64,000 nt of DNA from an uncultured Gemmatimonadales bacterium. Lineage in GTDB: Bacteria > Gemmatimonadota > Gemmatimonadetes > Gemmatimonadales > Gemmatimonadaceae. The notes below the pieces were generated by a model. It saw nothing but the letters and a program-made list of their open reading frames with translations. It did not search any database and was not told where the DNA came from. The position numbers and the translations under genes were made by a program. Positions 20,995-30,633 of the stretch are shown piece by piece; within the stretch, counting starts at the first letter, position 1; each line of letters starts with the position of its first letter. Location: positions 608,001 to 672,000 of the forward strand of contig CAWKNZ010000007.1 of the NCBI GenBank assembly GCA_963851265.1, read 5' to 3'.

Positions 20995-21867
20995 ATGAAG
21001 CAGGTGCTAACGTGGCTTGCTGGGGTCGGCGTGTTGGTCGGTGCGGCGCCCGCACCCGCGCAGCCGGGCGCGCGCCCGGTCGCGCGCCCGGTCGGCACGC
21101 CCGCGCCGCAAGCCGTCGCGCAAACGACGCCGCAGGCGTGCGACTCGCTCGGCGCCGCGCGCGTCCTGGCGCACCCGTTCACCGCGGCGCGCCACCAGGT
21201 GCTCGCGCCTCGAGACTCCTCGCTGGGCCGTCCGCGCCTCACGACGCGTCGCGTGCGCCTCGCCGACGGCAGCATCCACGTCAGCAAGTACACGACGTCT
21301 GGCGTGCACGTCACGAAGGGCGGCCCGCCGGTCGCGACCACGCAGCCGGTCGCCTGTCCCGCGATTGCCGAGACGCCCGCCCCCGCGTCCGGCACATCGG
21401 TCGGCGACGTCACCCCCGCGCCGGTCACGGCACCCGGCGAAGTCGTGCCACCGCTCGTCCCGACCGTCGGCAGCCGCATCGGCCTGCCACTCCTCGGCGG
21501 GCTCCTCCTTGGTGGGACCGCCTTCGCCGTCGGCTCGCACCACCCAGGGACGCCCGCGGCCGTAGCGACCGCTGACTCCCTCCCCACCACACCCGGCAGT
21601 GGCGGCGGCACCGGTGGGGGTGGCACCGGTGGGGGTGGCACCGGTGGGGGTGGCACCGGCGGTGGGGGCACCAGCGGTGGGGGCACCGGCGGTGGGGGCA
21701 CCGGCGGTGGGGGCACCGGCGGTGGAGGCGGCGGCGGTGGAGGCGGCGGGACAGGAGGTGGCCCGACCGGGGCCCCGGGCACGGTGGTGCCGGAACCGAC
21801 GACCATCGCGCTCACCGCGGTCGGCGTGTTGATGCTGACCGGGTACACGCGCCGGCGTCGGCGCTGA
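20995..21867 (+). CDS. PEP-CTERM sorting domain protein
   Basis: Signal peptide, Pro/Thr-rich body, GGGGT linker, VPEPTTIALTAVGVLMLTGYTRRRRR C-terminus. Confidence 0.92.
   Translation: MKQVLTWLAGVGVLVGAAPAPAQPGARPVARPVGTPAPQAVAQTTPQACDSLGAARVLAHPFTAARHQVLAPRDSSLGRPRLTTRRVRLADGSIHVSKYTTSGVHVTKGGPPVATTQPVACPAIAETPAPASGTSVGDVTPAPVTAPGEVVPPLVPTVGSRIGLPLLGGLLLGGTAFAVGSHHPGTPAAVATADSLPTTPGSGGGTGGGGTGGGGTGGGGTGGGGTSGGGTGGGGTGGGGTGGGGGGGGGGGTGGGPTGAPGTVVPEPTTIALTAVGVLMLTGYTRRRRR
21601..21762 (+). repeat. Tandem 15-bp coding repeat (GGGGT)n
   Basis: Repeated GGCACCGGYGGKGGK-like units. Confidence 0.9.
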
Positions 21868-21880
21868 CCGCGGAAGGCAT

Positions 21881-21922
21881 AGCGAGGGGGGCGGCATCGG
21901 TGCCGATGCCGCCCCCCTCGCT
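21881..21922. terminator. Perfect 20-bp hairpin downstream of the PEP-CTERM gene
   Basis: AGCGAGGGGGGCGGCATCGG-TG-CCGATGCCGCCCCCCTCGCT. No U-tract. Confidence 0.6.
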
Positions 21923-22082
21923 CACGCCGCACACCGGCGGGCGACGCCGACCAGGCGCTCGCCTACCCGCTGAGAGCTGATCAGGGACCCACGGTCACGA
22001 ATCCGGGTCGGGCGACGGTCCGTAGAACACCGGGACGGCGCGACGCGCCTCCCCGTCTCCTCACACGGCATCTCTCCGCCCG

Positions 22083-22439
22083 ATGACGAACCCTTCGATC
22101 GAATCCCGTGCCGACGAGCCGGCCGCGATGTGGCTTGCGCTCGCCGACGCCGGCGACGGCACCGGCAGTTGGGCCGCTGCCGGCACGGTGTTCCGCACGG
22201 CCATTACCGCCGAAGACTGGACCGCCCAACTGCGGGCCGCCCGCTCTCCACTCGGCCCACTCACGTCTCGCGTCCTCGCGGTCGCGCAGGCCTTCGACGG
22301 GCTCCCGAGCGCCCCGCCGGGTGAGTACGTCGTTCGGCAGTACCACAGCGTCTACGACGCGCGGAAGGCCGTGGTCGAGACCCTGACACTGCGGCGCGAG
22401 GACGGCGAGTGGCGCGTCGTCGGGTACTTCATTCGCTGA
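22083..22439 (+). CDS. DUF4019 domain protein
   Basis: WLALAD, RSPLG, PPGEYVV, ETLTL, WRVVGYFIR. Confidence 0.85.
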   Translation: MTNPSIESRADEPAAMWLALADAGDGTGSWAAAGTVFRTAITAEDWTAQLRAARSPLGPLTSRVLAVAQAFDGLPSAPPGEYVVRQYHSVYDARKAVVETLTLRREDGEWRVVGYFIR

Positions 22440-22468
22440 CGACGGACCGCCGCCCGCCGCGCTCGGCG

Positions 22469-23551
22469 TCAGAGCGCGTGCGCCCGGAACAGCGCCACGC
22501 GCAGCGCGCCGCGGTCGGCCGCGCGCGCCGCGTCCCAGTCGCCGGCGATCGCCGCCCCGTGGCGCGCCGCGTCCGCCGCGAGCGCGTGCCAGCCGAGCCG
22601 GCCGCGGCGCCGCGCGTCGCTGAGCTGCCAGAAGGGGACGAGATCGGCGAGTGCGACGAGGTCGGCGAGCCGGGCCGGCGCGTCGGGCGCGGGGGAGGGA
22701 AGGGGCGCGCCTTCGCCCGCGTGCCCGGCGAGCAGGTGTGCGAGCGCGACGCGCGTCGTGAGGCGCCGCTGGTCTTCGGTCGCGCCGCCCGCGCGCAACA
22801 GCCGGTGGCGACCGACGAGCGGCGGCGTGAGCATCATGCGCGTGCCCGCCGGCACACCGGGCACCGCATGGACCGCGACGCCGTGGCGGCGCAGAAGGTC
22901 GTCGGCGCCCGCGTCGTCGAGCGGGGCGAACAGGCCGTCGTAGCGGGGCGCGGCCGTCTGCAGCTCGCGCACGAGCTCGGCGGCGTGCGCGACCAGCGCC
23001 GCGTCGTCCGTGGCGTGCGCCGGGACGTCGGACGGCACGTCGGGGGCGCCCACGGCAATCGGCCTGTCGAACTCGCCGCGGGCGGCGCGCGCACGGAGAT
23101 CGTGCGCGCCCGGGGGGAGCACGCGCCCGCCCTCGCGCGCGGCGGCGGCCGCGACGTCGAGCACCGCGCGGCGGAGCGCCGCGGCCGTGGCGTCATCGCC
23201 CGCGACGGCGCGCATCGTCGCTTCGAGCAGGGCGACGACGGTCGGCGCGGGGTCGGCGGCCGACTCGGTGCGCGCTGGCGAGGGCCCGCCTGCGGCCCCG
23301 GCCGCCGACGTGCGTCGGAGCGCCCGCACCGTTCCCGCGTCGAGCCCGAGCGCGGCCGCGAGCACGGGCACGTGCTCCGCGGCGAGCAGGGCGGGGCGCG
23401 CGAGCGCGGCCCGGAGGCCGGCGACCGTTAGGCCGAGCGCGTCGGCGAGCTGGCGCGCGTCGAGGTCGCCGAGCTCGGCCGCGGCGTCCAGCCGTTCGAC
23501 GAGCGACGGGGCGGCGGGGAAGGAGCGGCTGGCGGCTGAAGGCGCGGACAC
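22469..23551 (-). CDS. Hypothetical protein: N-terminal HTH-like region plus degenerate ImmA/IrrE-like domain
   Basis: ARQLADALGLT...LAAALGLD resembles an XRE HTH. QRRLTTRVALAHLLAGH resembles RFTxAHELxH. Start uncertain. Confidence 0.5.
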   Translation of the reverse strand: MSAPSAASRSFPAAPSLVERLDAAAELGDLDARQLADALGLTVAGLRAALARPALLAAEHVPVLAAALGLDAGTVRALRRTSAAGAAGGPSPARTESAADPAPTVVALLEATMRAVAGDDATAAALRRAVLDVAAAAAREGGRVLPPGAHDLRARAARGEFDRPIAVGAPDVPSDVPAHATDDAALVAHAAELVRELQTAAPRYDGLFAPLDDAGADDLLRRHGVAVHAVPGVPAGTRMMLTPPLVGRHRLLRAGGATEDQRRLTTRVALAHLLAGHAGEGAPLPSPAPDAPARLADLVALADLVPFWQLSDARRRGRLGWHALAADAARHGAAIAGDWDAARAADRGALRVALFRAHAL

Positions 23552-23663
23552 GGCGGCTGCAGAATGTAGCGCGCGCGGCCGGGCTTTGTTCGGGAGCGGC
23601 GGGGCCGGGGCCGCGCGGAACCGCGCGTCCGAACGAACACGCGGCCCGCCGCTCGCCCGCCCG

Positions 23664-24467
23664 TCAGGCGCGCGTCCGCTCCGCGACGGCCGCGCCCATC
23701 CGCGGCACCACCGCACCCGCCCCGGCGCCGTCGGCGTCCTCGACCCCGCGCTGGCCTAACGCACGGATCGCCTCGCGGTACCCGCCCAGCGTGCCCACGT
23801 CGACGTACGTCTCACCGGCGCGCACCCCGACCGCGCTCCCGCCGCGCGCGAGCCAGGCGTTGACGAGAGTCCCGAAGTACTCGTCCGCCTGCTCGCGCGC
23901 GAGCCACAGGTCGTGCAGCTCGCGCAGGATCGCGCCCGTGAGCTTGAACGCCCCCCACACCCACGGCGTGCTCGCCCCGGGCTGCTTGACCTGGATTTCG
24001 ACCACGGCGCCACCCGCGTCGGTGACCACGGCGTCGAACACCTCGGGGCGTTCGACGGGGAAGAGCAGGAATGAGAGCCGGTCGTCGGGGAGCGCGCGGA
24101 AGCCGTCGACCGGGAACCACACCGTGTCGGGGAGCCCCACGAGCACCTGGTCCTCGGGCGGGATCATCGGCAGCGCGCGGAAGAGCGCGTCGCAGAGCCC
24201 GGCCGGCTGCGGCTGCACGGTGAACGACACGTGCGCCTGGCACGCAGACCCGCCGTAATACGCGAGGATGTCGGCCTTGCCCGGCGAGACGACGAAGCAG
24301 ATGCGCGTGGCCCCGCCGCGCACCATCCGTTCGACGAGGTACTCGCTCACCGCGCGCGGCCGCTCGACGCCGTGGTCGACGCGGCTGCCCACGGGGAGCA
24401 GTTCCTTGGAAAAGGCGAGCGGCTGGATGCGCGTCCCCGCACCGGCCGCGGGAATGATGCCCCACAC
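23664..24467 (-). CDS. Sugar-phosphate nucleotidyltransferase (RmlA-like NTP_transferase)
   Basis: GIIPAAGAGTRIQPLAFSKELLPVG, QPQPAGL, LPDT, YVDVGT. Confidence 0.9.
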   Translation of the reverse strand: MWGIIPAAGAGTRIQPLAFSKELLPVGSRVDHGVERPRAVSEYLVERMVRGGATRICFVVSPGKADILAYYGGSACQAHVSFTVQPQPAGLCDALFRALPMIPPEDQVLVGLPDTVWFPVDGFRALPDDRLSFLLFPVERPEVFDAVVTDAGGAVVEIQVKQPGASTPWVWGAFKLTGAILRELHDLWLAREQADEYFGTLVNAWLARGGSAVGVRAGETYVDVGTLGGYREAIRALGQRGVEDADGAGAGAVVPRMGAAVAERTRA

Positions 24468-24471
24468 GGGG

Positions 24472-25614
24472 TCAGCCCCCCCCGGCGACCGCCGCGGCGA
24501 GCGCGCCCGCGGGCGGGTCGCCTAACGGAACGCCGCCGGCCGCGGACTCGATCGCCGCCACGAGCTCTCGCGCGCGCCGGTCGGCGGTGTGCTCGTCGAG
24601 GGTGCGCTCGCGGGCGCGCCGCGCGATCTCGCGCAATTCGGCGTCGGGCCGGGCGAGCGCGGCCATCGCGTCGTCGGCCGTGCGGGCGAGGAGGATTTCG
24701 TCACCGGGGGTGAAGAAGGCGTCGAGCCCGTCCCACGTGTCGGTGAGGATCGGCACGCCGCACGCCGCCGCCTCGAACAGCCGCCCCGACGGGCACCAGC
24801 CCATCGCCGCCATCGCGCCGCGCGTGGTGTTGAGCGTGAGGCGGCTGGAGGCGTAGAACGCGGGGTGGTCGGCGGGCGGCAGGTGCGCCAGGTACCACGT
24901 GTTGGGCGTCCACGCGAAGTCGGCCGGGTACTGCGAGCCCGCGAGCATGAACCGCGTGTCGGGGCGCCGGCGCGCGGGCTCCAGAAAGAGCGCGTCGACC
25001 GCGGCCTGGCGGTCGGCCGCGTAGGTACCGATGTACGACAGGTCGCACCGCCACGCGTCGCGCGGCGCGGCGGGACGGTGCACCGCCGGATCGACCGACC
25101 CGTACAGCGGGGCCACGCGCCGCGCGCCGAGTCGCGTGCGGAGTGCGTCGAGCGCGCGGCCACCGGTGTAGCTGAGCACGAGGTCGAACGCGCCCAGTCC
25201 GTCGGTCGGCAGATAGGGCACGCGCTCGCCCGCGTCGAGCCGCGCGAAGGTGACCGGCGTGTCGAGGTCGTAGAAGGTGGCCAGCGGAGCGCCGCGGTTC
25301 GCCTCGCGCGCGTGAAGCATGAGCGCCGCGGCCTCGGTCGCGTCGGGGCAGTACGACGTGGTCATCGCCACGTCCGCGTCGTCGAGCGCGCGGCGCGCGC
25401 GATCGCGCACCGCCTCCCACGACGGATACAGCACGAGTTCGCCGCGCGGAAGTTCGGTGACGTCGCGGTGGGCCGCGTAGTACGACACGTCGCGTTCGAA
25501 GAACGTGACCGAATGTCCCTGACGGGCGAGCGCGTGGATCAGCGCGCGCCAGAGCGTGGCGTGCCCGTTGCCCCACGACGAACTGACCGTGAGTCCAAAG
25601 ACTACGAGTCGCAT
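24472..25614 (-). CDS. CgeB-like glycosyltransferase
   Basis: SSSWGNGHAT, FYDLDTP, SYTGG, YGSVDP, GTYAADR, PSGRLFEAAACG, EHT. Confidence 0.88.
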   Translation of the reverse strand: MRLVVFGLTVSSSWGNGHATLWRALIHALARQGHSVTFFERDVSYYAAHRDVTELPRGELVLYPSWEAVRDRARRALDDADVAMTTSYCPDATEAAALMLHAREANRGAPLATFYDLDTPVTFARLDAGERVPYLPTDGLGAFDLVLSYTGGRALDALRTRLGARRVAPLYGSVDPAVHRPAAPRDAWRCDLSYIGTYAADRQAAVDALFLEPARRRPDTRFMLAGSQYPADFAWTPNTWYLAHLPPADHPAFYASSRLTLNTTRGAMAAMGWCPSGRLFEAAACGVPILTDTWDGLDAFFTPGDEILLARTADDAMAALARPDAELREIARRARERTLDEHTADRRARELVAAIESAAGGVPLGDPPAGALAAAVAGGG

Positions 25615-25693
25615 GGCGGGGGAAAGTGCAAGGTTTGTACGCGCCACGCACCCCCCGCGCGCGCTCCCACATGGCGAAAGTGCCTCGATTAGG

Positions 25694-25727
25694 CTACTTA
25701 CCAAAGCATCTACAAAGCTGTAAGTAG
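25694..25727. promoter_or_regulatory. Candidate operator in the divergent promoter region of the glycan cluster
   Basis: AT-rich inverted repeat CTACTTAC-N18-GTAAGTAG enclosing a CAAAGC direct repeat. Confidence 0.5.
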
Positions 25728-25797
25728 GGAACGGTCTCGCGTCGCCGCGGCGCGTCGGGATCCGGGCGGCTCCTTCTCACCCTCAACACCCACGTTC

Positions 25798-26937
25798 ATG
25801 GGGCAATCGATCCTGATCACGGGGGGGGCGGGCTTCATCGGCTCGCACCTCGCCGACGAGTTGTTGCGTGCGGGGCATCACGTCCGCGCCCTCGACAACC
25901 TCGCGCCCCAGGTGCACGGTGCGGCCGCGGCCGCGGAAGGACGCCGCCCCGACTACCTCGACGCCGACGTCGAACTCGTCGTCGGCGACGTGCGTGACGC
26001 CGGCGCTGTGCGCCGCGCGCTCGACGGGATCGACGCGGTCTACCACCTCGCGGCCGCCGTCGGGGTGGGGCAGAGCATGTACGAGATCGCCCACTACACG
26101 GGCGTCAACAACATGGGCACCGCCGTGCTGCTCGAAGGCATGGTCGCGCGGCAGTCGGCGCGCCCGTTCACGCGCCTCGTCGTCGCGTCCAGCATGTCGC
26201 TCTACGGCGAGGGGCTGTACGCGGGCCCCGACGGGCGGCACGCCGAGCCGGTGGAGCGCACGCGCGAGCAGATGGCCGCCGGCGACTTCGCCACGCGCGA
26301 CGCGGACGGCCACGTGCTCACGCCGCTGCCCACCCCCGAGACCAAGGCGCCGTCGCTCGCCTCGGTGTACGCGCTCTCCAAGTACGACCAGGAGCGCCTC
26401 TGCCTCATCACGGGGCGCGCCTACGGCATCCCGACCGCCGCGATGCGCTTCTTCAACGTGTACGGCACGCGCCAGGCGCTCTCCAACCCGTACACGGGCG
26501 TGCTCGCGATCTTCGCCTCGCGCCTGCTCAACGACCGCGCGCCGATGATCTTCGAGGACGGCCGGCAGCAGCGCGATTTCGTCTCGGTCTACGACGTCGC
26601 GCGCGCGTGCCGCCTCGCGCTCGAGGCGCCGGTCGACGGCGAGACGATCAACGTCGGGTCGGGCCACCGCTACACGGTGCGCGAGATCGCCGAGCGCCTG
26701 GCCGAGGTGATGGGCAAGGCCTACCTCGCCCCGGAAGTGACGGGCAAGTACCGCGTCGGCGACATCCGCCACTGCGTCGCCGACGTCACGCGCGCCCGCG
26801 ACCTGCTCGGCTACGCGCCGCAGGTCGACTTCGACGACGGGCTGCGCGAGCTCGCACAGTGGCTCGACGGCCAGACCGCGGAGGACAAGGTCGCGGAGGC
26901 GAGCGCGGAACTCGCGGCGCGGGGGCTCACGGTATGA
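25798..26937 (+). CDS. NAD-dependent epimerase/dehydratase
   Basis: ITGGAGFIGSH, ASSMSLYG, YALSK, RFFNVYG, RDFV, GDIRHC. Confidence 0.92.
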   Translation: MGQSILITGGAGFIGSHLADELLRAGHHVRALDNLAPQVHGAAAAAEGRRPDYLDADVELVVGDVRDAGAVRRALDGIDAVYHLAAAVGVGQSMYEIAHYTGVNNMGTAVLLEGMVARQSARPFTRLVVASSMSLYGEGLYAGPDGRHAEPVERTREQMAAGDFATRDADGHVLTPLPTPETKAPSLASVYALSKYDQERLCLITGRAYGIPTAAMRFFNVYGTRQALSNPYTGVLAIFASRLLNDRAPMIFEDGRQQRDFVSVYDVARACRLALEAPVDGETINVGSGHRYTVREIAERLAEVMGKAYLAPEVTGKYRVGDIRHCVADVTRARDLLGYAPQVDFDDGLRELAQWLDGQTAEDKVAEASAELAARGLTV

Positions 26938-28052
26938 GCGCGCGCAGCGCGGACCGCCCAACGCTCATCACCGGCGGCGCCGGCTTCGTCGGCTGCAACC
27001 TCGCCGACCGACTGCTGCGCGACGGACGGCGGGTGGTGGTCTTCGACAACCTCTCGCGCGCCGGCGTCGAGCGGAACCTCGCCTGGCTGCGCGCCACGCA
27101 CGGCGAGCGCGTGGGCTTCATCGACGGGGACGTGCGCGACCGCGCGGCCGTCGCGCGCGCGGTGCGCGCACCGCACGGCGGCGCGCCCGCGGCCGACGTC
27201 TTCCACTTCGCCGCGCAGGTGGCCGTGACCACGTCGCTGGTCGACCCGGTCGCCGACTTCGAGGTAAACGCCCGCGGCACGCTCAACCTGCTCGAGGCCG
27301 TGCGCGCCGCGGGCGACGCGGCCGGCGCGCCGATCCCGGTGCTGTTCACCAGCACCAACAAGGTCTACGGCGAGCTGGCCGACGTCGCCGCGGCGACGGG
27401 CGCGGACGGCGCGCCGCGATATGCGCCGGCCGACGCCGGGCTGGCCGCGCATGGCATCGGCGAGGGGCGCCCGCTCGACTTCCACTCGCCCTACGGCTGC
27501 TCCAAGGGCACGGCCGACCAGTACGTGTGCGACTATTCGCGCTCGTTCGGGATTCCGGCCGTGGTCTTCCGCATGAGCTGCATCTACGGCCCGCGGCAGT
27601 TCGGCACCGAGGATCAGGGGTGGGTCGCGCACTTCCTCATCCGCGCGCTCCGCGGCGAGCCGATCACGCTCTACGGCGACGGCCTGCAGGTGCGCGACGT
27701 CCTGTTCGTCGGCGACCTCGTGGAGGCGTTCCTGCTGGCACGCGCCAACGTCGAGCGGCTCGCGGGGCGCGCGTTCAACATCGGCGGAGGCCCCACGAAC
27801 ACGACGTCGCTGCTCGAACTCGTCGAGCGGTTGGGCACGCTCGCCGGCCGCAAGCCCGCGGTGTCGTTCGAGGGGTGGCGCACGGGCGACCAGAAGTGGT
27901 ACGTGAGCGACGTGCGCGCGTTCGGCGCGGCCACGGGGTGGGCCCCGCGCACCTCGCTCGACGCGGGGCTCGCGCGGCTGCACGCGTGGCTCGGCAGCGC
28001 CGAGTCGGGCGTCGCGGAGCCCGAGGCCGAACTCGCGGGAGTGCAGGCGTGA
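26934..28052 (+). CDS. NAD-dependent epimerase/dehydratase (CDP-paratose 2-epimerase-like)
   Basis: ITGGAGFVG, AAQVAVTTS, STNKVYG, YGCSK, RMSCIYG, EDQGWVAHF. Confidence 0.9.
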   Translation: MSARSADRPTLITGGAGFVGCNLADRLLRDGRRVVVFDNLSRAGVERNLAWLRATHGERVGFIDGDVRDRAAVARAVRAPHGGAPAADVFHFAAQVAVTTSLVDPVADFEVNARGTLNLLEAVRAAGDAAGAPIPVLFTSTNKVYGELADVAAATGADGAPRYAPADAGLAAHGIGEGRPLDFHSPYGCSKGTADQYVCDYSRSFGIPAVVFRMSCIYGPRQFGTEDQGWVAHFLIRALRGEPITLYGDGLQVRDVLFVGDLVEAFLLARANVERLAGRAFNIGGGPTNTTSLLELVERLGTLAGRKPAVSFEGWRTGDQKWYVSDVRAFGAATGWAPRTSLDAGLARLHAWLGSAESGVAEPEAELAGVQA

Positions 28053-29035
28053 CGGCAGGCGGGCGCGCGGCGGCCGCGACCGAGGCCGCCGTCCTCGCCG
28101 CGCCCGGCGTGGTGCGCGTCGAGGCGCAGGCGCTCCGCGAGCCCGGGCCGGGCGAGGTGCGCCTGCGCCTCGAAGGGAGCGGCGTGTGCGCGTCCAACCT
28201 GCCGATGTGGGAAGGGCGCGAGTGGTTCACCTACCCCGCGCCTCCGGGGAACCCCGGACACGAGGGGTGGGGCACGGTCGACGCGTTAGGCGATGGCGTC
28301 GCGGGCGTGGCGCCGGGGCAGCGCGTCGCGGCGCTCTCGTACGCGGCGTACGCCACGCACGACGTCGCGAAGGCCGACGCGGTCGTGCCGCTCCCCGCCG
28401 CCCTCGACGGACACGCCTTCCCCGGCGAGCCGCTCGGCTGCGCGCTCAACATCTTCGCGCGGGCCGACGTGCGCCCCGGGCAGGACGTCGCCGTGGTCGG
28501 CGTCGGCTTCCTCGGCGCCCTCCTCTGCCGCCTCGCGGCCAACGCGGGCGCGCGCGTGATCGCGGTGTCGCGGCGCGCGTTCTCGCTCGACGTGGCCCGC
28601 CAGTTCGGCGCGCACGACGTGGTGCCGATGGACGACCACGGCCGCATCGTCGGGCGCGTCAAGCAGCTGACGGGCGGGAAGTTCTGCGAGCGCGCGTTCG
28701 AGTGCGTCGGCCTGCAGTGGCCGCTCGACCTCGCCGGCGAGCTCACGGCGGAGCGCGGGCGGCTCGTCGTCGCGGGCTTCCACCAGGACGGGCCGCGGCA
28801 GGTGAACATGTTCCTCTGGAACTGGCGCGGGCTCGACGTGATCAACGCGCACGAGCGCGACCCGGCGGTCTACGTCGCGGGCATCCGCGCCGCGGTCGAG
28901 GCGGTGGCGTCGGGCGCGCTCGACCCCGCGCCGCTCTACACGCACCGGTTCCCGCTCGACCGGTTAGGCGAGGCGCTGGAGGCGACGCGCACGCGGCCCG
29001 ACGGGTTCCTCAAGGCGCTGGTGACGACGGGGTGA
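28049..29035 (+). CDS. Zinc-binding (MDR) dehydrogenase
   Basis: GVCASN, GHEGWG, GVGFLG. No structural-zinc lobe. Confidence 0.85.
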   Translation: MTAGGRAAAATEAAVLAAPGVVRVEAQALREPGPGEVRLRLEGSGVCASNLPMWEGREWFTYPAPPGNPGHEGWGTVDALGDGVAGVAPGQRVAALSYAAYATHDVAKADAVVPLPAALDGHAFPGEPLGCALNIFARADVRPGQDVAVVGVGFLGALLCRLAANAGARVIAVSRRAFSLDVARQFGAHDVVPMDDHGRIVGRVKQLTGGKFCERAFECVGLQWPLDLAGELTAERGRLVVAGFHQDGPRQVNMFLWNWRGLDVINAHERDPAVYVAGIRAAVEAVASGALDPAPLYTHRFPLDRLGEALEATRTRPDGFLKALVTTG

Positions 29036-30633
29036 GGCTGCGCGCGGCGCTGTGCGCTGCGGCGTGCGCCGCGGTGGGGGCGACGGCGAGCGCGCCGGCG
29101 CGGGCACAGGCGCCGGCCGCCAGCACGGCGGTCACGGTCGCCCGCGTGCGCGCCTGGCGCGCCGGGCACGACCACGAGGTGCTGCGCGAGTTCGCCGACC
29201 TGCTCGCGATCCCCGACCTCGCCAGCGACTCGGTCGGGATCCGCCGCAACGCGGCCGCGATCGTCGCCGCGCTCGGGCGGCGCGGTGTCGCGGCCCGCCT
29301 GCTCGAGAGTCCGACCGGCGGCCCGCCCGCGATCCTCGGCGAGCTCCGCACGCCCGGCGCGCGCCGCACGGTGGTGCTCTACGCGCACTACGACGGACAG
29401 CCCGTCACCCCGGCCGACTGGGCCACCCCGCCGTGGACGCCGACGCTGCGCGACGGCCCGCTCGACCAGGGCGGGCGCGTCGTGCCGCTCCCCGACCGCG
29501 CGGGCGCGACGGGCCCCGAGTGGCGCCTGTACGCGCGCGGCGCGGGCGACGACAAGGCGCCGATCGTGGCCGCGCTCGCGGCGCTCGACGCGCTGCGCGC
29601 GTCGGGCGTGCGCCCGTCCGTCAACCTCAAGTTCTACTTCGACGGCGAGGAGGAGGCGGGTTCGCCGCACCTCGCGCCGCTGCTCGCCCGGTACCACGAC
29701 GCGCTCGCGGCCGACGCGTGGCTGTTCGCCGACGGGCCCGTACACCAGTCGCGTCGCCAGCAGGTGCTGTTCGGCGCGCGCGGCGTGACAGGGTTCGAGC
29801 TGACCACCTACGGGCCGCTCCGCGCGCTGCACTCGGGGCATTACGGCAACTGGGCGCCCAACCCGATCGCCGAGCTGGTGGCGCTGCTGGCCGGCATGCG
29901 CGACGCCGACGGACGCATCCTCATCGCGGGGTTCGCCGAGGCGACGCGGCCCGCGACGGCCGCCGAACGCGCCGCGCTGGCCGCGGCGCCGAGCCCGGAC
30001 TCGGCCCTGCGCGACCAACTCGCGCTCGGGCGCACCGAAGGCGGCGAGACGTTAGGCGAGTCGCTCCTCCGGCCGGCGTTCAACCTCCGCGGCATCCGCG
30101 GCGGGGCGGTGGGCGCGGCGGCCGCCAACGTGGTGCCGACCGAGGCGACCGCGAGCGTGGACCTGCGGCTGGTCCCCGACCTCACCCCCGCGCGCGCGGA
30201 GAGCCTCGTCGTCGCGCACCTGCGGACGAAGGGGTACCGGGTGGTGCGCGAGGCGCCCGACGCCGCGACGCGCCGCCGCGAGCCGCATCTCGTGCGCCTC
30301 GCCTGGGAGCGGAGCGGCTACGCGGCCTACCGCACGGCGATGGACGCGCCGGCGGGGCGCGCCGTGCTCCGCGTGCTCGCCGACGCGCAGGGGCGCCCCC
30401 CGATCGCCGTGCCCTCGTTAGGCGGGAGCCTCCCGCTCGCGGTCTTCGGCGACGCGTTCGGGGCGCCGGTGGTGGTGCTGCCGATCGCGAACCACGACGA
30501 CAACCAGCACGCGGCCAACGAGAACCTGCGCCTGCAGAACCTCTGGGACGGGATCGACGCGCTCGCCGCCCTGTTCGCGGGGCTCGGGACGGCGTGGCCG
30601 TCGACGGTCGAGCCGTCCGCGGTCCGGCCATGA
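29032..30633 (+). CDS. M20/M25/M40 family metallohydrolase, signal peptide
   Basis: YAHYDGQP, ARGAGDDK, GEEEAGS, LHSGHYG, NQHAANEN. Confidence 0.9.
   Translation: MRLRAALCAAACAAVGATASAPARAQAPAASTAVTVARVRAWRAGHDHEVLREFADLLAIPDLASDSVGIRRNAAAIVAALGRRGVAARLLESPTGGPPAILGELRTPGARRTVVLYAHYDGQPVTPADWATPPWTPTLRDGPLDQGGRVVPLPDRAGATGPEWRLYARGAGDDKAPIVAALAALDALRASGVRPSVNLKFYFDGEEEAGSPHLAPLLARYHDALAADAWLFADGPVHQSRRQQVLFGARGVTGFELTTYGPLRALHSGHYGNWAPNPIAELVALLAGMRDADGRILIAGFAEATRPATAAERAALAAAPSPDSALRDQLALGRTEGGETLGESLLRPAFNLRGIRGGAVGAAAANVVPTEATASVDLRLVPDLTPARAESLVVAHLRTKGYRVVREAPDAATRRREPHLVRLAWERSGYAAYRTAMDAPAGRAVLRVLADAQGRPPIAVPSLGGSLPLAVFGDAFGAPVVVLPIANHDDNQHAANENLRLQNLWDGIDALAALFAGLGTAWPSTVEPSAVRP

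Noticed and set aside
21601..21762. Possible CRISPR-like repeat array
   Set aside because: No spacers. It is an in-frame Gly/Thr linker.
25728..25760. ECF (GGAAC...CGTT) stress promoter before the first epimerase
   Set aside because: GGAAC is present but there is no matching -10 at the expected spacing.
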